A DNA stretch of 64,000 bases from Octopus sinensis (GCF_006345805.1 NC_042998.1:158968001-159032000); one strand, 5' to 3'; counted from the stretch's first letter, positions 36,806 through 49,802 are shown. The notes: a model not told the origin generated them from the sequence alone. Program-made: numbers and translations.

Positions 36806-38666
36806 TAGGATAATAATACCAAGCTGATTTGATCGTAAGTTGATGTTAAAATTGGTTTGCTCGAATGGAACGGTATGGGCATAATATCAAAGAGTAAGGA
36901 ACTAGTTTGAGTTATTTTAATAGTGTTGATAAATATTGTATGTATGGAGTCAAGTTCTTAGTTGTTCAATGGCTACTCAAGTAAAACAAGGGATCTATAA
37001 ATATTTCGTAAAATCACTGAGTATGTAGAATATTGCAGGTGGTGTGTGTTAATGCTAGTCAACGTTTCACGACATGATTGTGTTTAGATAACAAGTAAGA
37101 ATTGTTTGTCTTTATATATTTGAATAACAGGTGTATGTATAAGCAAATATTGCTGCTCTATGAGAATTTAAATAGAGTCTTTGGCTTATGGTGCTAATGA
37201 GAAACGGAAATCGTTATATGTGCTTGTTTAAAACAATTGCTGTTAATGTCTCCAAATAGCTCTAAGGATGACTACTGAAAATCGAAGTTAGCTTTGTCAA
37301 AGAATATCATTCTCTGCAAAACAGACGTCTATGTACATGTATGGCATGAGGCTAAACTTTATGTAATGTCGAGAGATACATGGTACAGAAGTAATTTAAA
37401 ACATTGTGTCAGTATTTAAACTACTGGAATTCAAACCTATTGTGAAAAAAATGGCAGTTATGTCAATGAAAACTACCGCTTATATTTTAGGTACTAGATA
37501 TAAAATGGAGAGGGGTAGAAATGATGTAAATACAGGACAGATCACCTTCTGAGGAAGACACCAGAAAGGTTCTACTTTCAGTGTGATCCATCTAAATCAA
37601 TAAATGAAAGTAAAGTCGAATGGTTATAGAGTAAAAATTAAGAGAACACCGGTTTCGATTACCACCACGTCATTTCATTTGTATAACACTTGCTCTCGAA
37701 GTAATGTATTCTACAACATCTCATATGTTCTCTCTATAACCCTATTCCTGCGTCTTAAAGCAAAAAAAAAAAATCAATACTGGAATATAGGGTAACAAAA
37801 TAAAGAGCATATTTACGGAAGTTTTAAATGTGAAATACTTAATTATTTTTCGTTTAGGCATAATGTCAGAATCTTGAGAAGAAGCAGTGAGTCATTTTTA
37901 ACAGAAGAAGCAGTGAGTCGTATTTAACAGACACTTTATTTAATCTACACCAGCTGATGAAAGGCGAGGTTGATGACGAGATTTGAATCTAAAATGTGAA
38001 GAACCTGAAGAAATATCACAAGGAATTTTATTTTATGCCCTAAAGATTCTACCAATCCACTAAGTTGTTGGTTTCTAATGGCCCCCAAACCATCAATGGA
38101 ATAGGTATAGTCAGTTGAAGAGCAAGGCTGATCCGCAGTGGGGGTTGAACACACAGATAAGTAAGTGAAAAGTGTTTATTTTATACTGGTCGCTATTTTT
38201 TTAAGTCCTACTACCTTATTTCTTATTACATAACCATTGTAAGGAAAGACAATATAGTAAATGTATTTTTTTAGTCGACTGGTGCTTTTTCGACTCTAGT
38301 GGATAGATTAGGCAAGGCTTTAGTATTAAGAATTTTGCTTTGCAACTATGTCGCTCCAGCTTTGACACCATTAACGCGCCATTTGGGGCAAGAGTTTTCT
38401 GCCATAGATTTGGCTTGAAAATGCCTTGAGAATGGTAGGTGGTAGATAGAGACTGTTTAAAATTTGAAATCAGAATGCGTAAATATATGTAAGTGGAAAA
38501 AATCGTTCGGTGTTTTTGGGGAAGGGAAAAGTCAATTACTTCGACCCCACTAAGTATTTTGTCCGGCGTGCTAACGATTCTGCCAGATCACCACCTTCCC
38601 TAACTAATAAATAATGGTTTCTAACGTAAAAAGAATGTCACGCATTTGAAGGAACTGTTGATTATA

Positions 38667-38865
38667 TTGGTTTCATATTTTGGCACAAGGCCAGCAATTC
38701 CAGGAGCCGGGTAAGGCGATTGCATCGATTCCAGTATTTAACTGGTACTACTGGTACTCATTTCATCGACCCCGATAAGATAATAGGCAAAGTCAACCTT
38801 GAGGAAATTTGAACTCAGAACGTAAAGATGGATGAAAATCCGCTTATTCTGCAGCTCACCGTCTT
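38667..38865 (-). mobile_element. SINE family B with target-site duplication
   Basis: GGAA(C/T)TGTTGATTATA at 38651-38666 and 38866-38881; internal GAAATTTGAACTCAGAACGT. Confidence 0.8.
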
Positions 38866-39064
38866 GGAATTGTTGATTATAATGACCTTAATAGTTTTTG
38901 TTTAACCGACCACAGAAGGATGGAGATAAGTCAAACAAAGCCAGTAAATGCCGACCACAGTTAGATTCGAATTCGGAACGTCAAATACTGCAATTAAATA
39001 TTTCATTACATAATGTCCATCGCTCTACCGATTCTGCTATGCACCGCCATTAATTCTTTCTAAT

Positions 39065-39268
39065 TATGGCGCAAGACCAGTAATGTTGAAAGAAGTGGGT
39101 TAGTCGATTACATTTACCCCAGTACTTAACTTATATTTTATCGATCACGAAATGATGGAAGGTTATATCGACCTCGGCAGAATTTGAACTCAGAACGTAA
39201 ATGGTGGCAATAAATACCCCAAAACGTTTTTTCCCAATGTTCTGAAAATTCTGCTAACTCGCCACCTT
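39065..39268 (-). mobile_element. SINE family B
   Basis: CGACCTCGGCAGAATTTGAACTCAGAACGT...GCTAACTCGCCACCT. Confidence 0.8.
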
Positions 39269-40083
39269 TCGCTCGTCATTAATAAAATACAAATACTGAA
39301 TAAAGTGGAACATGTAAATACAAATAAATAAAAATAGTTTTATTCAAATGACAGAATGAGGTAGAAAGAGGCGGAGTAAGAGGGTGAGGAAGGAAAGAAA
39401 GAGAAAGAGAGAGGGGGAGAGAGAGAAAGAAAGAAATATTTACTAGCAAATGAATGTAACTGAGAACAAAAGAAAGTAAAAAAAAAAAGAGGCGGGGACG
39501 AGGTAACTACATCTTGCAACAATGCTTGTTTCTTTTTACCATTACTAAATGGGCGTTCTACCTCATTGGTATAAAAGACAACCTGACATTGATGTTAGGT
39601 CTACAATACGTGTGTAACCCGAACTACTTCACTGAGTGTGTTTAGCGTACGTTTGTTCCTCATTACGTATGTGAATGAGGCCCTTTTATCTATTGGGTAA
39701 TGAGGACAATGTCTGCCTGCATGCAGTCTTTCTATGATAAAACAGCCTGACTAAGCCGATGCGTTCTCTGCATCTTTGCCGCACACTCCCTTCCTCTATA
39801 TTTATATATATTTATACATACAAGCATTCATGTGTGTGTGTCTGTGTGTGTACATATATATGAGGCACGTGCTGTGAGTAAATAGTCGGAGAAGGCAGTA
39901 ATCATTGTAATAAAATAAATTGTCAACGAAAGGCCTTATTATTATGAGACAATACATAAAACTACTTGGGTAATAAAAATAATTTATATACACCGCTTAC
40001 ATAAGGTTGTACGTGTATATGTGCAATTATATGAGTGTGCATCTGTGGGTGAGAGTGTGTACGTAAGTGTGTGTGTATGTATA

Positions 40084-40128
<45 letters not shown>

Positions 40129-40270
40129 ATATTATATATATATATATGCACAAACACAGACACATGTGTACGCGAATGTGTGTATGTGTATTAAACGACA
40201 CTTTTGTGCCTATGTATTTATAGTCTTGTTTTGTTTTATAGATATATCTATGTACGTGTATATATGTATA

Positions 40271-40469
40271 TGAGGGTGTGCTGAAAACTTCCTGGCTTTA
40301 AGGGTCTCGCGAAAGGCCTGGCTGGAGGTTTAACCTTCCGAGTTCTTTTATAGAAAAACCGAGAGGACCGCTGCAATAAGCATACGAATCTGAGAAAGGA
40401 ATAGGTTAAATAAAATCATTATTACTATTTTCTTTTACCCAAAACCAGAAACTTTTCAGCACCTCTTCG
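40271..40469 (+). mobile_element. Mariner-derived MITE of about 200 bp
   Basis: Ends (T)GAGGGTGTGCTGAAAACTTCCTGGCTTT and AAAACCAGAAACTTTTCAGCACCTCTTCG are imperfect inverted repeats, with TA on the left. Homologous to 13759-13930. Confidence 0.8.
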
Positions 40470-40511
40470 TCTGTGAGTGAGTGTTTGTGTTTTGTAAGTG
40501 CGTGTGCGACG

Positions 40512-40543
<32 letters not shown>

Positions 40544-40592
40544 GATTTTGGGCGACTTCTCTTGATTTTTCCTTCTTTTTCTTTCGACTTTC

Positions 40593-40630
40593 CTTTTTCC
40601 GACGAAGAGCAATGCTCGAAACAATAACAG
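40593..40630 (+). ncRNA. Degenerate hammerhead-like motif, U4C core
   Basis: CCGACGA-A-GAGC-aau-GCUC-GAAA. The stem III/cleavage site is altered (CAAU). Followed by a T-rich tail and (GATA)n. Confidence 0.45.
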
Positions 40631-40737
40631 GTCTCTCCTTTCATCGAGAGTCAAATTAATATATTGCTTGTGCACGTCCTCACCTACGTGTTTTTCTTTT
40701 CTTCTTTGTTTGTTAATTGTTTGTTCTTTGAATTGAC

Positions 40738-40819
<82 letters not shown>

Positions 40820-40821
40820 TA

Positions 40822-41035
40822 CTTTTATTTTTATTCTTTTACTTTTTTCAATCATTTGAATGCAGCCATGCTGGAGCACCACTTTTAGTCGACCAAATCG
40901 ACTTCAGGACTTATTCTTTGTAAGCCTAGTACTTATTCTATCGGTATAATTTCCTGAACAGCTAAGTTACGGGGTTGTAAACAAACCAACATCGGTTGTG
41001 AAGTGATGGTGGAGAAAAAATCAGACCCACAAACA
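40822..41035 (-). mobile_element. SINE family A, 3' half
   Basis: GCAGCCATGCTGGAGCACC...GCCTAGTACTTATTCTATCGG. Confidence 0.85.
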
Positions 41036-41105
41036 CATACATGCACACATACATACATACATGCATACATACATACATACATACATACATACATACATAC
41101 ATACA

Positions 41106-41141
<36 letters not shown>

Positions 41142-41304
41142 TCACTCTGTGAGGGCCTCAGTTCAAATCGCACGTGTCTCGAATGGGCTGGAGTATTTCT
41201 ATTTTGGATGTATTTGGGGTACTTAATTGTGCTCTTGACTTAGTATTTGCTTCTTCCATGGGTATGAGTAAGTATCTCATTTATTTCTTTTGTCATATGT
41301 ATCA

Positions 41305-41349
41305 CTGACGAAGGGAGGTCTGTTATGAGCTAACCCTGAAATTTCTGTC
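41305..41349 (+). ncRNA. Hammerhead-like motif, stem I absent
   Basis: CUGACGA-AGGG-(18 nt)-CCCU-GAAA-UUUCU-GUC, about 120 nt upstream of (TA)n. Confidence 0.45.
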
Positions 41350-41467
41350 GACCTTTTTTCGAGTATCGTGCGTATTGTGAAAACATTATATGGTTAATGG
41401 ACAATATGTCCAATATTTCGGCATATTTGGCATTAGAAATTTTTTCGTTTTTTCCTTATTTATGAAT

Positions 41468-41503
<36 letters not shown>

Positions 41504-41601
41504 GGCTGCCCTCTCGTTATCGAGTATGGCCATTGCACGAAGCTTAACTGTTACTGGTGCTGTGATCAAATGTGACTCTTTAGCCCAGGCAAAGATATAC
41601 A

Positions 41602-41767
41602 ATACACGACGGGCTTCCTTCAGTTTCTCTCTACCAAATCCACTCACAAAGCTTTGGTCGGGCCGAGACTATAGTAGAAGACACTTTCCCAAGATGCCAT
41701 GCAGTGGGATTGAATCCGGAACCATGTGGTTGGGAAGGAAGCTTCTTACAACACAGCCACACTTGCG

Positions 41768-41770
<3 letters not shown>
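41602..41770 (-). mobile_element. SINE family A, 5' half (tRNA-like head)
   Basis: Reverse complement AGGCGCAAGTGTGGCTGTGTTGTAAG...GGTTCCGGATTCAATCCCAC matches the heads at 16634 and 63864. Confidence 0.85.
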
Positions 41771-41854
<84 letters not shown>

Positions 41855-41973
41855 GTATGCGTGCATATATACATGAATACAGACAGATACATACATACAT
41901 ATATATGTATATATACGCCCACACATTTGTTTCTATATATACTATATAAATATATATAGACAAATGTGTGGGC

Positions 41974-42021
<48 letters not shown>

Positions 42022-42075
42022 GTATGTATATATGTATGTATGAATGTATGTATGCATGTATGTATGAATGTATGT

Positions 42076-43760
42076 ATGGGAACGAGAATGGGCCCCAACT
42101 ATGCGAACCTGTTCGTTGGCTACGTTGAGGTCCAACTATTCCCAAATTTCACTGGTCCCGCTCCTAAACTATACGGTCGTTATATTGACGACTATATCGG
42201 TGCGACCTCACTCTCTCGCGAACATCTAGACTCTTTCCTCTCTTCTGTCAAATCTTTCCATCCTGCCCTCCACTTCTCCTGCACTATTTCCGACACCTCA
42301 GTCGCGTTTCTCGATATTTCGCTCAGCATTCATCACTCCACTCTCACCATCTCCATTCACTACAAATACAGACTCACAATCATATCTCACTTTCTCCTCC
42401 TCCCACCCTAAACACACCAAGCTCTCCATCCCCTATTCCCAATTCCTCAGTCTGCGCAGGCTCTGCACTGACGACCATGACTTTGAGATTCAGTCTGAAC
42501 TCATGGCTCGCCGCTTCGTACGTGGATATTCCCTCATCACTATCCACACCGCACTTTCGTGGACCGTGCATCTGCTCTCTCCCCCCGCACCCGCCCCGCC
42601 GTCACCCGTCTCCCGTTTCCCCTCACCTATCATCCCACCACCCTACCTCTCTAACGCACCATTCTCCGAGCCTTCCGGTAACTCCAGTCCGACCCCCCAC
42701 TTCGCACATCTTCCCTAACCGACACTTCCTCCTTCAAACGAGCCCACAACCTACAAAACCTCTTGGTCCACAGCTTCTTCCCTAACCCAACTTCCCAACT
42801 CGGCTCGTTCCCTTGTTCCCGCCCACGTGTCGCACTTGCCCTTACCTCTCCAACACCACCCTCATCACTCTTTACAACACCAGTCTGTGTTCGGACTGTC
42901 CTTTCACAGAGCCCATCCGGACTCACGTCTTCGCCATGACCAGGGATTTATTTTCTCTCTTCGCTCTTTGCTCCACATGGGCTCAACCCTCCTCTTCATC
43001 TAACCCTCCTCTTCATCTAACCCTCCTCCTTTCTCCTCTCTTCCTCTCACACCTACTTCCTCCCACCCAACTCTCTTCTCTTACTCTAGCACCTACTTCC
43101 TCTTTCACTCCTACCACCTTCTCCATTCCACCCACTCCTTCATCGTCACCCTCCCTCGTTGCCCAACCCTACACATTCCAATCCCACCATCCCTATACAT
43201 CCCATCCTACCTCCACCCCAACCTTTACACTCACACTTGCTTCCCCCACTCTCGCCTCCCCTACTCTCGCCTCCCCCACACCCCAACACCACCAGACTAC
43301 ACACCACCACGCCACTCCACCACATCACACACTACCATACCACACCACACACCACCATACCAAACCACATCACACTACCTCGCGCACACTAGCACTGACC
43401 ATTTCGCAGCAGCTACACTCTCATCCTACACCACACACGCACACGTCAACATGTATATACACGCTCTCACACACGCACGCGCACCTTCGTTTTGGGATCA
43501 TCACTACTTTATTATCTCCCTTTCTTCCTAGCTCTCCTGTGTGGGCCCTCTGTCCGGTATTCGCCATAATAGATCGCTAGCCAGTAAACCTTTTTCTATT
43601 TTCTCTCTCTGTTAATTTCGGTGTTCCTTTCTGTCGAAGAGCGCAGGCACGAAACGTAAAAGACTTTTTCATCACTTCCCGAGCGTTAAACTAATACATC
43701 TGTTTGTTGTTTACACCCCGTCTTCGTCTTTTGTTTTTTTTTTTGTAAATACTCACCATA
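42076..43760 (+). mobile_element. 5'-truncated Neptune-like PLE
   Basis: [15 protein letters not shown] and YGRYIDD (RT); SIPYSQFLSLRRLC; CRTCPYL zinc linker; endonuclease C-terminus SVFGLSFH; a pyrimidine/CAC-rich 3' UTR with an HHR-like motif. Begins in (ATGT)n and ends at (TA)/(TATC)n. Confidence 0.9.
43627..43662 (+). ncRNA. Minimal hammerhead-like motif, A6U core
   Basis: CUUU-CUGUCGA-A-GAGC-gcag-GCAC-GAAA-CG-UA-AAAG. Stem I CUUU/AAAG, palindrome ACGU, one stem II mismatch. Confidence 0.55.
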
Positions 43761-43762
43761 TA

Positions 43763-43834
<72 letters not shown>

Positions 43835-43852
43835 CCCTCTCTCTCTCTCTCT

Positions 43853-43938
<86 letters not shown>

Positions 43939-44199
43939 TGTGTGTGTGTGTGTGCATGGATAAGCACACACACACATCAACATAATATATCATTTTATAT
44001 ACTTTATGACTTCAACACACACAAAGTATTTTAGACCATACTATTGGGTTATTTTTTCAAACAATCATTATTAGAGATTCAATCGTTGTTTCATGCATCT
44101 ATCGCTTTCTTTATATGTTTATTATATATCTAATTTCATGTTCCATTTTTCATAATCATTCCATGATCGATTTCCAATAAATTATAGCACTCTTTTAAA

Positions 44200-44332
44200 T
44201 CCCGTCAAGGTCGACTTTGCCTTTCATGCATTCGGGGTCGATAAATTAAGTACCAGTTGCGTACTGGGATTGATCTAATCGTCTGGCCCATCCCCAAAAT
44301 TTTCGGGCCTTGTGCCTAGAGTAGAAAAGAAT
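44200..44332 (+). mobile_element. SINE family B, 3' part
   Basis: AGGTCGACTTTGCCTTTCAT...GTCGATAAATTAAGTACCAGTTGCGTA. Confidence 0.8.
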
Positions 44333-44854
44333 TAATTATACCACTCTTCTTTTAGCTTTGAGTATATTGAATATTTTCCTTTCTCTTTCGTACTCAGACA
44401 CACATACACTCTTGCTCACATATGCATACGCACAGTAAAATAGAGAACATTGTCTTAACATGCTTAGTTTCTTTCTGACCACTCATCAAATTATAGCAAA
44501 TTGCTTTCTAAATCAAACACAGACTAGAATTTAACTGCAATGACTACACTAATTTCCATAATATGTATTTGTATGTGGTGTGAAAAAGTAATTTATTATA
44601 CCTATCATTTAAAGCACTGTTTAAATGTCGCAAAATATTTGAAAATCAAGTTGTGATATGATTGACGACCCCATACACTTGCTAGCTTCCGGTATACGGA
44701 GCTTTTAACTGGTAGCACTTGCATGTGCAAGTTGTTTGCAAGACATCGGTGCTATGCACACAACCAAAATGCTCTAATACTGTAATCAAAGAACAAAATT
44801 GTACACATATACACTGATGGGGACTACAATCGCCTGAAAACACCGATCAAGAAT

Positions 44855-44908
44855 TCCCTCTACTAACCGGTCAGTTTCGGCAATTTCCGGTGACCCATCA
44901 GAAAAAAA
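44855..44908 (-). ncRNA. Degenerate hammerhead-like motif
   Basis: Minus strand reads CUGAUG-GGUCA...UGCC-GAAA with a near-palindromic stem III ACUGACCGGU(U)AGU. A9 is missing and stem I is almost all wobble pairs. Confidence 0.35.
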
Positions 44909-44913
44909 GATTA

Positions 44914-45623
44914 TGTGCTGAGTTTGATCTGAGAACATAATCTTTTGTGGTGAATGGCGATTTGACGTCTATATCTAGCATGTTGACTGTCCACTTTTCG
45001 TGTTCAGTCCTTAATTGGTATATATAAATATTTTAATCTACGGATTCTTTTTTAATATGCTAGACCACTGGTCTTAATTGATAAATATCAATTTCTACCC
45101 TTAATTAATTTTATATAAATAAATATGTTCTCTAACCGATAAATTGACTGCTGCTAATTATTAGCTGCAGGCTAGTTTTCTCGGGCCTCAACGCGCCAAA
45201 GTAAAGGCATTTGAAAGATGTATTCAAATGTAATAGGCTGAACTCCATGCACGCGATATTTCGGTATCGTGTTTGCATCTAGTCCAGCAAATTACATTTA
45301 TAACGGACCATGCTGATGATGGCTGCAGTTTTCCTTGCGGAAAATAACAGCTGAAACTAATTAGTACATGGGTAATTATTTTATTTCGTATATTTTTCAC
45401 TTGTTTATTGCTATGGTTTTGTGCTGAGTTTGATCTGAGAACATAATCTTTTGTGGTGAATGGCGATTTGACGTCTATATCTAGCATGTTGACTGTCCAC
45501 TTTTCGTGTTCAGTCCTTAATTGGTATATATAAATATTTTAATCTTCGGATTCTTTTTTAATATGCTAGACCACTGGTCTTAATTGATAAATATCAATTT
45601 CTACCCTTAATTAATTTTATATA
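44914..45623 (+). mobile_element. Non-coding HHR-bearing unit with 204-bp terminal direct repeats (retrozyme-like), period 506 bp
   Basis: 44914-45117 and 45420-45623 are identical except for one substitution that I could see (CTACGG vs CTTCGG). HHR at 45308-45371; ends in (TA)n. Confidence 0.8.
45308..45371 (+). ncRNA. Complete type I hammerhead ribozyme motif
   Basis: CCAUG-CUGAUGA-U-GGCUG...CAGCU-GAAA-CUAAUUAG-UA-CAUGG. 5-bp stem I, 5-bp stem II with an inner UUUUCC/GGAAAA hairpin, perfect palindrome ACUAAUUAGU as stem III. Predicted cleavage after A45366. Confidence 0.85.
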
Positions 45624-45643
45624 TATATATATATTATATATAT

Positions 45644-45752
<109 letters not shown>

Positions 45753-48443
45753 GGTGCGTCCTCTTAGGTTAGCTAAGTAGGGTCAATTTTACTTGAAATT
45801 ATAAGTAATAATTATGACAAGAATGTTCAAGTAATACTCGAGATCCAGAAGATGTCTAATATTTTGATGTTGGACAGACGCAACATCTCGTGTGTGTGTG
45901 TGTGTGTGTATATGTGTGCGTGCGTGTCTGTGTGTGCACGTGTGTGTGTACGTGCGTGTGTGTGTGTTTTATACCATGGTTATAAGAGACGGTTCCCAAT
46001 GAAAAGTGGTAATTTCGGAAATTGATAGCAAGAAAGGAAAAAGAAAACAATGGAGGTAAGAGAAGAAAAGACTAGAAAAAGAAAGGCATAAGTAAAAGGA
46101 ACTGAGTATTTTAGAACGAACATATATATGGTGATTTAAAAATAATTATCTGCTTACCGATGGCTACATGACATGAATATTGACTAACTGACACATCAAC
46201 AAGATGGACATATATTTTCGAGTTTGTGTAGTGAGCCATAGAACTTATACATACAGTGGGATCCTTTGCTTACAGGTCTATGAAAAAGAACACAGATGAG
46301 CTATGAATAAAAGCCATTGCTAGGAGGTCATGGTGACCAGCAGGGCTATTGAAGGAATGCATGAAATCATGAGAATTGGTCATAAAATTAAATCAATTAC
46401 GGACTACTCTTAACAACAGAAAACAATTGCCCGACAATGTGTGGTTAATTTATTATTATCAATCCGTGCATACATCACACCGCTAAAAGTTTATGCATCG
46501 GTATATTACCTGTACACTCGACAAAGAATCTAAAATTCACAAGAAACCTAGCCTATTTTGGACTAATGGCTGTCACAACGCGCCGCACTTTGATGTTTGT
46601 ACTTTTGCCATCTAAAAACTAGAGGTAACTCTAAGATATACATTGAACTAAAGAGACAGTGGAGAATTTAAAGCTTAAGAATGGTATTGAAAGTAACAAC
46701 AGGCCACTTTTTGTGGAAGATATTCCGCTTATGATTAGCAACTGTGCCCTAAATCGTTAATGTCGTATGATGCAGACGCCGGTAGGGAAGTGGCACACTC
46801 GATTAAGCGTCGGATGAAAATGCGGTGTATTCAGAGGTCAAATCTAGCCGAGATCAATTTTGCCTTTAACTCTTCTGCGATCAATAAATAAAGTATAGCT
46901 CAGGGCAGAAGCGTTAGGTCGTCTCAGGAAATTCATTGCGATATTTGTTCAACTTAATTGCGTTCGAAGTTCAAATCCTATCGTATCTTAGACAGATTTA
47001 ATACACTGCCTGACTTCACACCACCTAATCCTTGACTACCTTTAGCGTAGACCACTCTCTTACAAGCATTTAGGTCAGGCCTCCAGTTTTAGAATTCATT
47101 TTCACCCCTCCCTTTTCTCCCATCTTCCATGGTCCTGGAAGGCATGTGAAGAATCATGGGTACTGCTCATCCTTCTAGATTAAGACCATCCGTAGGAAAC
47201 TCTTCCTTAAGATAACTATAGAGAATGCTCCTGCTACTCGATTCATACATACACAAGGAATATTGGTGAAGCATTCCCATTAACACTTCCACCCAATACA
47301 AACAGGCAGAAAAGCAAAATTTGGTTTAGAAATAGAAATCAGCTACTCAACAATTTCCTTTTAGAATCTGAAAAGGAGGATTTCATGTATTATTGCTTCG
47401 GAAGCAACTGCTTCTTTACTCAGGTTATAAATTCACATTTATGCTTACAATTATTGGTGCGCGCGAAAAGTTGGGGTTCCAGGCAACGAAAACGATCAGC
47501 TAACACTCAATTAACGACAACAATTTGTAAGCGGAACAGTATAAATATACAAGAGTTCTCAAAGATTAACGTGTAATTCTTCACTATTTTGCTTCTTTTT
47601 TTTGTTATCCAAATCGCTACAAGTGACCTTTATTTCTTTGATCGATACGAGCCGTTTCTTAAAGGTAAATTTACATATTCTAAGCCAGAAATATATTATT
47701 GAATAAGATATATTGCAATTCACTTACATTTAATATGAGTGTATTGCTATCTTGGGCTCAATGGAAATATGTATATCTGCATTATATCTATATATTATAG
47801 ACTGCTGACCGCATAAATCTCACCAAATGCATTTCGCTATATTTGACGGATGAGAAAGCTGAATAATGCTGGCAGTTAAGTTTCAACGTCTATTTTATAT
47901 CTTATTCTGGAAATCTGCAAGTACGTGTATTTGTGTATGTGTGTGTTTGTATGTCTATGTGCGTGTGTGCGTATGTTTAAATATGCGTGTATATATGTGT
48001 ATGCGTATGTGTCTGCATACATGAGTGTGCACACATGCAACGGTATTTAGGTAGATTGGTATGTAGATATTAGCATATAAATATGCTTATGTAAGTATTT
48101 TATTGTATGTATATTACATATGCCTACCGTAAATGCATTATAAATTTACTCACGAAACGTACGTTTACATATCGCACACGCAATACATACATACATATAT
48201 ATCTATATATATTTACATACATACATATATATATAGATATGTATATATATGCGTGTGAGTGTGTTTATGTGTGTGCATATATATGCATATATATGTATAT
48301 ATGTATATGTATATATGTGCGTGTGTGTATACAGATGCGTGCACATAGGTCTTACGTTATATATGTGTGCGTATTTATATGTAAATACAGATGCATTTAT
48401 GTGTACGTATGTATATATATGGATATATACGTTAATGTGTATG

Positions 48444-48491
<48 letters not shown>

Positions 48492-49405
48492 TTGGATTGA
48501 TACACAGAAAGGTAAGATGAGTAGAAATACATTCAATAATATATATGATAAATTCATGATTTATTAAAATTATCTCTGCTTCCTGAGAAGATCGACCAAT
48601 GGCTTGGTAGCAGTTAGAATCCACGGCTATCCTCTTGTCTTCAGACAACCAGGATACCTCTTCATTACTGGCATGGCAACTTTATAAAATTCTTTATTCT
48701 TGAGTTTATTTCCCGTTTTTATTTGGAATTAGTGCCAGTTGCCAAAGTGCAGTTTGCTTATCATCTCTAGAAGCAGATATAGTTTTAATATATCAAAATT
48801 TTATACCGCATATTATGTAATATACTTTTAATTCATCTCTTGTTGCTGAAACGTGTCACTTGTACCTCTGAGTTATTTCCCTTCGCACACTTTCTTTTTA
48901 TTTATACAAATTACCTCAACCATGCATTTTACTTTTTGTTTGTATCTTATCGTCATGTCTGCTGAATTTAAGTTAGCATGTGCTGGCGTCTATTGAAACT
49001 GAAATATGAATATGTCTTCCTGTATTCAGACTTTTTCTTACAATATGTCAATTTTGGAGAGTTCTCGATTCTTAGGAGTATATCCCCTTCTCTTTAGGAT
49101 CTGATACTAACTGCTTCAAGCAATTGGTCTACCGTCTCTAGAAGCGGAAATATTTTCAATAAATCGTGATTTTATCCACTATGTTAATGAATATACCTCT
49201 ATTCGTATTTATTTTCAAGTTCCATTCACTGGCCCTTCTGGGTTATTTATTTCATCTTAGTTTATTTTTATAACATGCATGGGGATAGATAGACAGGCAG
49301 AATGACAGATAGATAGGCCATTTCATCATGTTGAACTGTTAATCCCTACACATTTTTTCTCTCTCCGTTTTTTTTGTCCTCTCTCTGATTTTTCCCCTCT
49401 CAACT

Positions 49406-49441
49406 CTTTCTGTCGAAGAGCGTAGGGTCTAAATGTCGAAG
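49406..49441 (+). ncRNA. Inactivated hammerhead-like motif (A6U family), solo PLE 3' end
   Basis: CUUU-CUGUCGA-A-GAGC-guag-GGUC-UAAA-UG-UC-GAAG. GAAA is mutated to UAAA. The downstream tail is homologous to 43663-43760. Confidence 0.5.
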
Positions 49442-49802
49442 ACTTTTTCATTCACCCCAAGCGTTAAACTAAAGCACTTGCTTGTTTTTCCTTCATCTGT
49501 CTTTGCCATTGTTTTCTGTAAATTTGAACTATATATATTTATATATATATATATATATATATTAATAAAAGGAATTCCAACCTTGTCTGATTTTCACGTT
49601 TTATTTACAATCTTATAATGATATATTACAAGATAATATATTATAATTGAATAAAATAAAATGAAATAGTAGAATGTTAAATGTTCATTCTGTTTGAACT
49701 AGTACTTTCATGCATTCAATTCTGCAATCTTCGGGTTCATGTAGTAGTGGTGACAGTCATGCTTCACAATTTTTGACTGTAGCAAGATGATTGATTCTGT
49801 GC

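Noticed and set aside
37945-38160. 69-aa minus ORF and a plus-strand exon-like segment ending in GTAAGT
   Set aside because: The plus segment has stops in all three frames; the minus ORF has no recognisable homology or clear splice support.
48560-48680. Short protein-like minus-strand stretch (SEDKRIAVDSNCYQAIG)
   Set aside because: Too short, unrecognised, and the ORF continues into a CA microsatellite.
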